Origin: an uncultured Lachnospiraceae bacterium
GTDB taxonomy: Bacteria > Bacillota > Clostridia > Lachnospirales > Lachnospiraceae
Direction of reading: 5' to 3'
DNA: 64,000 bases
NCBI GenBank assembly: GCA_934432595.1
Contig: CAKRYR010000002.1
Span: 71,387-135,386, forward strand
The position numbers and the translations under genes were made by a program. This document shows, piece after piece, positions 20,382-29,453 of the stretch. Positions within the stretch are counted from its first letter, which is position 1, and every line of letters starts with the position of its first letter. The notes under the pieces are model-generated. The model did not search any database and had not been told where the DNA came from. It saw nothing but the letters and a program-made list of their open reading frames with translations.

Positions 20382-21455
20382 ATGCGATTACCAAATGGTT
20401 ATGGAGGAGTAATTAAATTATCGGGGAAGAGGAGAAGACCATATGCAGCAAGGATTACTGTAGGGTGGCATGAACATGAGATAACAGGAAAGAGGGTGCA
20501 AGAGTATCAGATTATAGGATATGCTAAGACAAGGCAAGAAGCACTTGAGGTATTGGCGAACTATAATAAGAATCCTATAAGTATGACTGTTACAAAGTTA
20601 ACTTTCAAGGATGTGTATACAAGGTGGTCTGAGGAAAAATATCCAACCATTTCTAAGTCAAATGTTACAGGTTACAAGGCTGTCTATAAGTTATGTGATA
20701 AGCTAAATGATAAATCATTTAAAGATTTAAAATTGGATGATTTACAACGTACGATAGATACTTGTGAGAAGAATTATCCAACATTACGAAAGTTAAAGGT
20801 TTTATTTAATCAGCTATATGATTATGCAATGAAGCATGAGATATGCTATAAAGATTATTCACAGTATGTAAATATCATTAAATATAAGGAACGTAACCCT
20901 AATAAAAGTAGTAGAGATAAGTTTAGTCATAGTGAAATTGATAGGTTATGGCTAAAGAAATCTAATCCGTATTATCAAGTAATACTTATGTTAATATACA
21001 ATGGTGTGCGTATATCGGAGTTACTTAATCTGAAGAAGGAAAATATTAATCTTAAGGAACAGTATTTTGAAGTAATTAAGAGTAAGACTGAAAATGGTAT
21101 ACGTCAGGTGCCTATTGCAGATGCTGTTCTGCCATTTTATAAGGAATGGTATAATTCAAATCCAAAGTTTCCTTACTTATTATATACGACAGAAGGTAGA
21201 AGATTTGAATATAGGAATTATTATAAGCATTATTTTACGCCACTTATGGAGAAACTTCATATTGAAAAGACACCACATTGTTGTAGACATACTTGTGTAT
21301 CTATGTTGGTAGAGGCGGATGTAAGTCAAACCTTGATAAAGACTATTGTAGGACATACTGGAGCAATGTCTCTTACGGAAAAAGTATATACTCATCTAGA
21401 CATTGATGAATTGGTCGATGCAGTAAATAAAATGTATGTGCCAGAGAGTATATAA
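20382..21455 (+). CDS. tyrosine site-specific recombinase (phage-integrase family) with an AP2-like arm-type DNA-binding N-terminus
   Basis: The N-terminal LPNGYGGVIKLSGKRRRPYAARITVGW is typical of integrases with an arm-binding domain. The catalytic set is readable: R in NGVRISELLNL, HxxR in HCCRHTCVS, H in VGHTG, and Y in EKVYTHL. Confidence 0.85.
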   Translation: MRLPNGYGGVIKLSGKRRRPYAARITVGWHEHEITGKRVQEYQIIGYAKTRQEALEVLANYNKNPISMTVTKLTFKDVYTRWSEEKYPTISKSNVTGYKAVYKLCDKLNDKSFKDLKLDDLQRTIDTCEKNYPTLRKLKVLFNQLYDYAMKHEICYKDYSQYVNIIKYKERNPNKSSRDKFSHSEIDRLWLKKSNPYYQVILMLIYNGVRISELLNLKKENINLKEQYFEVIKSKTENGIRQVPIADAVLPFYKEWYNSNPKFPYLLYTTEGRRFEYRNYYKHYFTPLMEKLHIEKTPHCCRHTCVSMLVEADVSQTLIKTIVGHTGAMSLTEKVYTHLDIDELVDAVNKMYVPESI

Positions 21456-21930
21456 TAGGAAGAAATAATTTAGAGTAGATTGGGTTTATATTAATTATTA
21501 TAATCATAAATTCAATCTACTCTTTGTTTATTTAATAACAAATTGTGTTGCATTTCTTATTAAATAAAAAACGTTCTACTGGGGATGCACAGCTTTTGGA
21601 TGGGATATGTTACACTCGACAATATAATATATAATCTGCACAAAAATTTTCGTTAATAAGTAAAATATATATACAACTTTAATAATTACATTTTGTATAT
21701 TGTAAGTTACTTTTTTGATACTTGTGTGTTACTTATTTAAAGGATTACGAGAAACTTAACAAATTATAAATAAATTAACAAAATATTAAAAAAATATTAA
21801 AAATATATTGACAAAGTATATGAAAATGTGGTTAAATAAATATAGGGATATTTTGTATGGAATAATTTCATACATTTTGGTTAATAATTATAGGTGTTAT
21901 TTAAGTGTCATTGAGAGGGGTTATGCTATC

Positions 21931-23154
21931 ATGAGAATAATGAGATCTGATGATGAGCAAATAGTATCAGCACAAGGCCGATACCAATATGGACAAAATA
22001 ATATGTATTATAATCAGCAGAGTAATGGTAGTTGCGCTTACGATGCTGATGTTGATTTCTCTTATAGTGGTAGACAATTCATGAATGAGCTAGCTAAGGA
22101 TAGAAAGTTTGGTACAAGTAATATCAGACCAGTAGAGAGAGATAGAGACAGTTTCTCAGAGAGGATATATCAAGATGCTATCGAAGAGGCATCAAGAGTC
22201 AAGACTATGGGATATTTTAATGATCTATCTAAGATAGAAGGAACTAATCCTCTTCATAATACTATACCTGGAAGATTGAGAGAGAAGGCTAGTATACATA
22301 ATCAGACTAATGAAATTCAAAATAAGACTAATGTTCAGAAATCCAACTTAAATAGTATTAATTATAACGATATTAAAGTTAATGATAATATAAATAATAG
22401 TAGTTACAATAATTTGGTAAAGAATGATTTTAGCAAAGGTGCTGATGATAAAAAAATAGTATATTCAGAGAAGATGATGGCACCACAAGAAAATAACGTA
22501 ATGTCATTTGGAAATAAGGAAACGAATATATCTAATATGGAGAATATGCCATTTGGAAATAAGCGAACAATTCCTCCAAATGGAATATCAAATATGGGTG
22601 CATCATCATTTCAAAATAATCAAATGGCTAATTCAGGAATAAGTTCATCTATAGCAGCTAATATAAATAACCCTAGTAAGTATGATGAGCTGATGGACAA
22701 AGTTAGAGATAATATTCAACATGAGATAGAGACACAGTTAGTGGAAGAAGGTAGAGAAAAGCTTAGAGAAAAAGTTAAGGTACAAGTTAACAATATACCT
22801 TATAAAGCTACAAAAGAATATACTGGTGGCTCATTTGGAAGACAGGTGGCAGAACAACAGTTACAAGTTAGAGATTATAAGGTAGATAAAAGTACTAAAG
22901 GAGATGGAGAATCAGGAGAGGATAAGAAAATGGGAATCCTATCGTGGATAATCCTAGTTCCATTTATGATAGTTCCAGCAGTTGGACTTATAGTATCGGG
23001 AGTTATTTCATTTTTGGTACCAAAAGACAAACCACTTAAGGTATTCGCTAGATTTTGTTTAACAGTACATTTGGTAATGTCGTTAGTAGCAGTTTATATG
23101 TATTTTAAAGGATATTTGGATATAAGTTTGATTAAGAAGTATATTAATTTCTAG
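21931..23154 (+). CDS. hypothetical protein: N/Q-rich low-complexity region plus C-terminal transmembrane helices
   Basis: I prefer the start at 21931 (GAGAGGGG 10 nt upstream). C-terminal hydrophobic segments are ILSWIILVPFMIVPAVGLIVSGVISFLV and FCLTVHLVMSLVAVYMYF. Confidence 0.5.
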   Translation: MRIMRSDDEQIVSAQGRYQYGQNNMYYNQQSNGSCAYDADVDFSYSGRQFMNELAKDRKFGTSNIRPVERDRDSFSERIYQDAIEEASRVKTMGYFNDLSKIEGTNPLHNTIPGRLREKASIHNQTNEIQNKTNVQKSNLNSINYNDIKVNDNINNSSYNNLVKNDFSKGADDKKIVYSEKMMAPQENNVMSFGNKETNISNMENMPFGNKRTIPPNGISNMGASSFQNNQMANSGISSSIAANINNPSKYDELMDKVRDNIQHEIETQLVEEGREKLREKVKVQVNNIPYKATKEYTGGSFGRQVAEQQLQVRDYKVDKSTKGDGESGEDKKMGILSWIILVPFMIVPAVGLIVSGVISFLVPKDKPLKVFARFCLTVHLVMSLVAVYMYFKGYLDISLIKKYINF

Positions 23155-23167
23155 AGGGGGTTATAAT

Positions 23168-23611
23168 ATGCAAGCAGAGGATATGAGCATTTATTGGAAT
23201 CAACGTAAGGGACAATATGAAACAAACAATTATAATTATTATAAACAAGATAATACATTTACAAGAACAGCTGATCAAAGATCAAGATATAGTGAAACAA
23301 CATCTTATCAAGAGGAAGAGAAAGAGGCAATAGATGAAAATGCAGTAAAAATGGGTTCATGGCTAGGAACATTTTTCCTATTATTAATACCTGTTGTAAA
23401 CATCGTTGCACTTATTAAAATGGCAATTAGCTGTAAATCAGCTAGTAAGAAGTCATTTGCTAGAGCAGCATTACTTATGGGACTTATTTGCATTACTATA
23501 GGATTAGTATTTGTTGCACTTACTTGCGATAAGATAGATTATACTGTATATATGGATAAAGCAATGGTTATTGTAAATAAAATCGCTGGTGCTGTAAAAA
23601 GAAGCATATAG
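23168..23611 (+). CDS. small membrane protein (cytoplasmic N-terminus, 2 transmembrane helices)
   Basis: GAGGGGG ribosome-binding site. Hydrophobic segments are WLGTFFLLLIPVVNIVALI and LLMGLICITIGLVFVALT. Confidence 0.5.
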   Translation: MQAEDMSIYWNQRKGQYETNNYNYYKQDNTFTRTADQRSRYSETTSYQEEEKEAIDENAVKMGSWLGTFFLLLIPVVNIVALIKMAISCKSASKKSFARAALLMGLICITIGLVFVALTCDKIDYTVYMDKAMVIVNKIAGAVKRSI

Positions 23612-23727
23612 TTTTAGTTGATTTTTGTAAGATAATAGTTAATAATAGTGGTTGTCACGTGTGTGGCAACCATTCTTTTGTGTTTTAGGAAATGCAGGAG
23701 ATATTTATATAAGAGAGGATGATATAT

Positions 23728-24468
23728 ATGCAAGAGAAGATAGTATATAAACCATATAAGAAAAGTTTTGATTATTCATATACACTAGGAGCATTTCCAA
23801 CATTAGAATTAATAAAAGCTAAGAAAGAGCTAGTTAGATGTATATACGTTCATTCTAAGTATGATGGAAGTGTAGATATAGAGAAGATATGTAAGGATAA
23901 CAATATAGAATTACGTTATAGTGATAAAGGAATAAATAGAATAAGTACTAAGGAAAACTGTATGATTGCAGGTATATTTGATAAATTTCAATGCGAACTG
24001 GTTAACAAGAGACCCCATGTTTTATTAGTTAATCCAAGTGATATGGGAAATATGGGTACTATAATAAGAAGTATGTTGGGATTTGGTATAAAAGATTTGG
24101 CTATAATATCTCCATGTGCAGATATATTTAACCCTAAGACTATACGAGCATCTATGGGAGCTGTATTCAAGATAAGACACAAGATATATTCATCATATGA
24201 AGAATACGTAGGAGAGCATGGTAACCACGAAATGTTCCCATTTATGCTAGATGGAGATAAAACATTGGACATTAACGATTGTCCTAAGTCAGAACTATAC
24301 ACACTTATATATGGAAATGAAGCAACAGGACTATCACCTGAATATAAGAAGGTTGGACAAAGTATATTCATTCCTCAGACTAAGGATGTTGACTCTCTTA
24401 ATTTGCCAATATCTGTAGGAATAGGGTGCTTTGTATTTACAAGCAATAACCCTATAAATAAGAAATAA
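23728..24468 (+). CDS. TrmH/SpoU-family RNA 2'-O-methyltransferase
   Basis: SPOUT motifs are readable: LVNPSDMGNMGTIIRSMLGFG, LIYGNEATGLS and SLNLPISVGIGCF. I prefer the start at 23728 (AGAGAGGA 8 nt upstream). Confidence 0.75.
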   Translation: MQEKIVYKPYKKSFDYSYTLGAFPTLELIKAKKELVRCIYVHSKYDGSVDIEKICKDNNIELRYSDKGINRISTKENCMIAGIFDKFQCELVNKRPHVLLVNPSDMGNMGTIIRSMLGFGIKDLAIISPCADIFNPKTIRASMGAVFKIRHKIYSSYEEYVGEHGNHEMFPFMLDGDKTLDINDCPKSELYTLIYGNEATGLSPEYKKVGQSIFIPQTKDVDSLNLPISVGIGCFVFTSNNPINKK

Positions 24469-24715
24469 ATAGAATGGATATTCATAAGTAAGAATTGAAA
24501 TTTTATAAATCAATTGGTGGAAAATATAAATAAAAAGTAAAAATAAATAAGCAAATTTGAATAATAAAACCAAAGGATAAAGCTTGCATTAAGACTTCGG
24601 TAACTCTATTGAATAGCACCCTTAGATGTATTATTATATAGACATAGCAAAGATATTTAATCATTTGGGGAAACGATTAATTGCTTTGGGGATTATAATA
24701 AAAGGGGTTATTATT

Positions 24716-24913
24716 ATGAGTTTAGTATTGAAATGTGCAGCAGTTGGAGGATTTCTGTACTATTTGGAAATAAGAAGACCTGAAGTCTATCTTAAGAGAA
24801 GTAAAAGAGCAAGGGTATGGATTGAACTTACAAAATGGGCAATTATTATTGGATTCTTTGCATTGGTATTTGCAGCAGAACAGTTCTTCATTGATAATTT
24901 GATGACGTTCTAG
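24716..24913 (+). CDS. small membrane protein (65 aa)
   Basis: ATG at 24716 preceded by AAAGGGG. Two hydrophobic segments. Confidence 0.4.
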   Translation: MSLVLKCAAVGGFLYYLEIRRPEVYLKRSKRARVWIELTKWAIIIGFFALVFAAEQFFIDNLMTF

Positions 24914-24980
24914 TTCATATAATTAAATAAGGTTACAAGTTTTTATTCGAACATAAATCATTTATACACATAATAGGGAA

Positions 24981-25005
24981 GTCATTTCGCGCGGAATGGC
25001 TTTTC
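24981..25005 (+). terminator. intrinsic terminator ending the plus-strand gene block
   Basis: GTCATTTC-gcgc-GGAATGGC stem (with G-U pairs) followed by TTTT. Confidence 0.5.
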
Positions 25006-25409
25006 TGTTATTTTTGGGGAAAATATCTATACCTTTAAATATAGAAGCGGTGAACGAATTAGCAAGTGTGGAAGGTGACATAGTAAGTGACATTAAACAT
25101 GGTAATTATTGGCAATTAGTTATCTTAATCTTAAATAAATTCTGGTATTCACTAGTATGATACTTCCTTAAATATAATAGGTTTATCAAATCTAAATTAG
25201 TCGTAGCTAACATTTCTTAGTACATATTATCACCAAAATTTCAAAAATAGGGGCTAAATATATAAAAAAAAATGACGATACAACTGTTGCTACGTAAAAA
25301 ATGAGCGATTATTGGGAAAAAATACCTAGTACCAATAGGGGAAAAAGTCCGAAAACTGGTACTTAGAGAAGAAATTTGTAATTTTTCAAAAAAAATTGAC
25401 AAAATATGG

Positions 25410-25438
25410 TTGCAAAATTTTTTTAGTCGTAGTATACT
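25410..25438 (+). promoter_or_regulatory. candidate sigma-A promoter reading into surface-protein gene B
   Basis: TTGCAA (25410-25415), exactly 17 nt of spacer, then TATACT (25433-25438). The -10 element ends 3 nt before the inverted repeat starts at 25442. Confidence 0.5.
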
Positions 25439-25441
25439 TGT

Positions 25442-25825
25442 CAAAGAGATAAATGTTAACGAGTGCTAAGATAATTAATCAATTGAATTAGAGCTAGGAA
25501 GTTAGTTGATTATTAGTTGGTTAATTATTTACCAATCTATTTAATTATTCATTAATAATTAAATACTTAACTAATTAATCTGCTAACACGTATCACATAC
25601 CCACTAGGATACGTTCAAAGCAAATACATAGATGATTAGAAATTAGTATCGTTGTAACACAATCTCTCAAAACAAAATAATCATATTGATAGGAAAAAAT
25701 AGGAGGAAAGACATGAGAAAGAATTATTTTGCGAAAAAATTCGTAGCTTATTCAATGGCATTTGCTGTTGCTTTCAGTACTTTGACTGTAAGTCCTGTGT
25801 TTATTAAGGAAGCTAAGGCTGCTAC
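25442..25825. repeat. right copy of the inverted leader repeat (5' UTR plus signal-peptide codons of gene B), carrying a roughly 126-bp AT-rich insertion
   Basis: See 19800-20075. The insertion at about 25485-25610 sits between two CTAGGA copies and is absent from the gene A leader. Confidence 0.85.
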
Positions 25826-28800
25826 AGTACCTACAGCTACACCAATGACTTCAATTACTGGTGATCAATTTATTGTTGGTAATGTAACTACTAATGTAGC
25901 AGCAAGTACTTCTAATATTACATTAGAAGATGTTGCAAAAAATATTAATGGTGCAATTGCTACAGGAAATAGTCAAAATACCTTTTATCTAACTTTTACA
26001 AAAGGTGAAGATACAGAGGAACAAGTAAATAATGGAATAAAAACATTATATAAGTATGAAACTCTAGATCTTGCTGCAAATATGATAGGTACAACAGATC
26101 CTGCAGTTGCAGCACCAGTATTGGTTGATTTTATAGCTGATAATCCAGGCGTAATTGATGCATCAGCTGTAAAATCTGCTGGAGTAAAATGGTTTAAGTT
26201 AGAACCAATTCATGGAACATTTAGTCATTCTACAGGAATAACAGCTACACCAACAGAAACTATTAGTTATGATGCTTATTATCTAAACGCTATTAGTGAA
26301 TCAGACTTTGGTGATACTAGCGATGATGGAAAACTTACTTTCCAAAAAGGTAAAGTTAGTAGTAATGATTGTGGTTTGTATTTGGCTGTGGATGCTACAA
26401 ATCCAACCAAAGGTGCTGTATTTAATGTAATCCAAGATACTAAATTAAAAGCAGCTCCTGAAAGAACTGAATTTATAGTTAAATCAGGATCTGATGCAAA
26501 CTTAATAGTTCACGCTTCAAATAATAGTGGTAATATTTCATATTCTTGGAGAAAAGGAACTAAAACTCTTTCAAGTACATCAGATGTATGTAAAATAGAA
26601 AAAGTAGATGGAACAAAAACAGGAAATTATACTTGCGTTGTTTCAGATGGTTCTGGGGAAGTTACTTTGAGAAATATCAAATTGTCTGTTTCAGAAAATG
26701 CATTAGGTGCAAAACCAGTTTATAAAACAGTTGTAAAAGGATTAGTTGCTACAACTGATGGAGCTACTAACCCATCAATAAGTGACAAATTAATAGGTGG
26801 AACAGCTGAATTAACTTCATCTGTACCGGCAAATGAAAACTATAGATATGTATGGTTAGATAAAAACAAGTCTGTAGAAAGTGTAACAGCAGCTAATATT
26901 TTAAACTATGATGCAAAAAATAATAATATAGTAATTAATGATAAGAAAGATAAATATGATGCAGCTACAAAAAGTCATGAAATCTCTTGCTATACATTAA
27001 CAGCAGATGATTATGAAGCATTAAAAGCTGATGTAAGATCAACTACTGATGGTGATGAAACAATAGGTGGTTTATTGGTTGAATTAAGTAAAGCAAAAAA
27101 TGATGTTGAAAAGAAAGAAATTAATGATTACATCAGAAAAATTGAAAATGAAAATGCTGCTGCAGTTAAAACAGAGAGTTTATATCAAGAAGATTATATT
27201 TTCGTTCGTGAAGATGATAAATTAACTAATTCAGTTAACTTAGTAAAAGCTGTCGGAGATAATGTAATATGTGAAGCTCCAAGTAAAGATTTATATACAA
27301 AATGTACTGCAAGTGGGCATTCTGCTGATGAAACAATAACAGCTAATCCAGAAGTATCATTTGTTCGTACTGAGTTACAAGGAAATGATTTTGGAAATCA
27401 TCCAATTAGTACAACATATAAATGTTCAAATGCAACTTCTGATACAAAAACAGCTACTACATATTACAATATAATTTACAAATCAGATCTTACTGCAACT
27501 GCTGAAAATACAAATATAGTTGCTAAGATCGGTTCTAAAGAGGTTGAATTAAAAGTAAATGCATCAAGTGCTTGTGGATTAGATTATACATGGACTAAAT
27601 ATACAAAAAATTCTGATGCTAAAAAAGTAACTCCTAAGGTTATTGCAACAAGCAAAACTTCAACACATAAAATAAGTACAGTAGCAGATACAGATATTTA
27701 TGTACCAGAAAAATTAGATGAATTAGGTAATCTAGTTGCACATGATTATAACTATTATGAATGTGAAGTTTCAAATGGTATTGAAAAGAAAGTTATTAAA
27801 TTTACATTAAGTCAAGAAGGCGGATATAAAGTATACGATCAAAAACCTCTTGATGGAACACAAGTAAATGTAGCCCGTAATGATAATGGTGTCACAAGTT
27901 ATACTGTTACTGGTTGGACAGCAATACCTGGAAAGAATATCGTATTAAATCCATATGTTGTAGCAGATAAAGGAGTTAACATTACATATAAATGGTATGA
28001 TATTACAAATAGTAAAGAAATTCTTTCTACAACAGATACATTAGATATTCCTTATACTAAACCAGTAACTTATGTATGTGTAATATCTGATGGTGAAAAT
28101 GAATTTAAATTGAAATATGATTTACAAAATGCTACAGTAACTACTGATGAGGTATATGTATATCTTCGTGATGATATTGAAGACCAAGTATATACTGGAA
28201 AAGAAATAACTCCTGAGTTAAATGTTGGATTTGCATTAAAATCAGGTGGCGGTGGTTTTACAAACTATAGCGTTGTGTCAAAATTAGTTGCTGGAACAGA
28301 TTATTTAGTTGAATATGTAGAAAATGTAAATGTTGGTGAAGCAAGAGTAAAAGTTACTCCAACTGGATTATATAAAGGAGTAACTGAGACATTTAAATTC
28401 TACATCAACAGAGCAGATAATACATTAGAAATCGCAGATAGGACTGTAGTATTAGGTGGTTCAGTTCAACCTAAGACAGTTAAGAATACTGCAAAAGCTA
28501 CATTATCATATGCATACTTTACTGATAAAGAGTGCACTAACGAAATTGAAGTACCAAGCAAAGTTGGAACTTACTATGTAAAAGCTACTTCAGCTGCTAC
28601 ATTAAATTACAAAGAAGCAACTTCAAACGTAGCAACAGTTAAGGTTGTACCTGGTAAAGTTAAGATGTTAGGAACTTCAAGAACTGCAAGCTCAGTTAAA
28701 TTAAACTGGAATAAGACTACTGGAGCAACTTCATACAGAGTATACTACAAAGCACCAGGTGCTAAGAGCTACAAAGTATTCAAGAATACTACAGCTACTA

Positions 28801-29186
28801 GAATGAATGTAACTGGATTAGCTTCAGCTACTACTTATACATTCGCTGTTAAAGCTTATGCTAAGACTGCTGGATACTCAAAAGTATACGCAACTAAGAA
28901 GACTACTACTGCACCAGCTAAGGTAGCAACTCCTTCAGTGACTGCAGGAAGTAAGAAAGCAACAGTTAAGTTTACTAAAGTAGCAAGAGCTACAGGATAT
29001 CAAATCTACATGGCTAAAGGTAATGGTAAGTATGTAAAAGTTAAGACTACTACTTCTACAAGCTTTACTAAGACTGGTTTGGCTAAGGGAGCAACATATA
29101 AGTTCAAAGTTAGAGCATACAAGACTGTAGGTTCAAACACTTACTATGGAGCATTCTCATCAGCTAAGGCTGTTGTAGTAAAATAA
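25713..29186 (+). CDS. giant secreted surface protein B (paralogue of A)
   Basis: Start at 25713 (AGGAGG upstream) gives MRKNYFAKKFVAYSMAFAVAFSTLTVSPVFIKEAKA. Ig-like Y-x-C motifs are GNYTCVVSDG, NYYECEVSNG and VTYVCVISDG. The last roughly 180 aa are almost identical to protein A; the central roughly 900 aa are strongly diverged. Confidence 0.8.
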   Translation: MRKNYFAKKFVAYSMAFAVAFSTLTVSPVFIKEAKAATVPTATPMTSITGDQFIVGNVTTNVAASTSNITLEDVAKNINGAIATGNSQNTFYLTFTKGEDTEEQVNNGIKTLYKYETLDLAANMIGTTDPAVAAPVLVDFIADNPGVIDASAVKSAGVKWFKLEPIHGTFSHSTGITATPTETISYDAYYLNAISESDFGDTSDDGKLTFQKGKVSSNDCGLYLAVDATNPTKGAVFNVIQDTKLKAAPERTEFIVKSGSDANLIVHASNNSGNISYSWRKGTKTLSSTSDVCKIEKVDGTKTGNYTCVVSDGSGEVTLRNIKLSVSENALGAKPVYKTVVKGLVATTDGATNPSISDKLIGGTAELTSSVPANENYRYVWLDKNKSVESVTAANILNYDAKNNNIVINDKKDKYDAATKSHEISCYTLTADDYEALKADVRSTTDGDETIGGLLVELSKAKNDVEKKEINDYIRKIENENAAAVKTESLYQEDYIFVREDDKLTNSVNLVKAVGDNVICEAPSKDLYTKCTASGHSADETITANPEVSFVRTELQGNDFGNHPISTTYKCSNATSDTKTATTYYNIIYKSDLTATAENTNIVAKIGSKEVELKVNASSACGLDYTWTKYTKNSDAKKVTPKVIATSKTSTHKISTVADTDIYVPEKLDELGNLVAHDYNYYECEVSNGIEKKVIKFTLSQEGGYKVYDQKPLDGTQVNVARNDNGVTSYTVTGWTAIPGKNIVLNPYVVADKGVNITYKWYDITNSKEILSTTDTLDIPYTKPVTYVCVISDGENEFKLKYDLQNATVTTDEVYVYLRDDIEDQVYTGKEITPELNVGFALKSGGGGFTNYSVVSKLVAGTDYLVEYVENVNVGEARVKVTPTGLYKGVTETFKFYINRADNTLEIADRTVVLGGSVQPKTVKNTAKATLSYAYFTDKECTNEIEVPSKVGTYYVKATSAATLNYKEATSNVATVKVVPGKVKMLGTSRTASSVKLNWNKTTGATSYRVYYKAPGAKSYKVFKNTTATRMNVTGLASATTYTFAVKAYAKTAGYSKVYATKKTTTAPAKVATPSVTAGSKKATVKFTKVARATGYQIYMAKGNGKYVKVKTTTSTSFTKTGLAKGATYKFKVRAYKTVGSNTYYGAFSSAKAVVVK

Positions 29187-29353
29187 TTGATATTCGATAG
29201 ATAATAATTGAATATGATTTAATCATAATATAGATAAGAGCAAGTCCATTGGGCTTGCTCTTGTTTTGATAAAAATTATTATAGAGTATTATTAGAAGTC
29301 AAAACGATCAAATTTGTTCGTTTAAAGCTTTTTCATAACCAAAATATTTTTTA

Positions 29354-29444
29354 ACTTTCGAAAGTGAGATGTTGAATAATTTATAAATATAGTGTTATAA
29401 TATAATTAGTATCAAAAAATAAATTTTTTTAAAGTTTCGAAAGT
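29354..29444 (+). promoter_or_regulatory. promoter flanked by two palindromic operator-like sites upstream of the second DUF4143 ATPase
   Basis: ACTTTCGAAAGTG (29354-29366) and AGTTTCGAAAGTG (29432-29444) bracket TTGAAT (29372-29377), an 18-nt spacer ending TGt, and TATAAT (29396-29401). Confidence 0.45.
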
Positions 29445-29453
29445 GGTGAATAA

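Noticed and set aside
25241-25444. 67-aa minus-strand ORF overlapping the putative gene B promoter
   Set aside because: It has no ribosome-binding site and its low-complexity translation comes from A/T runs. The region is better explained as regulatory DNA.
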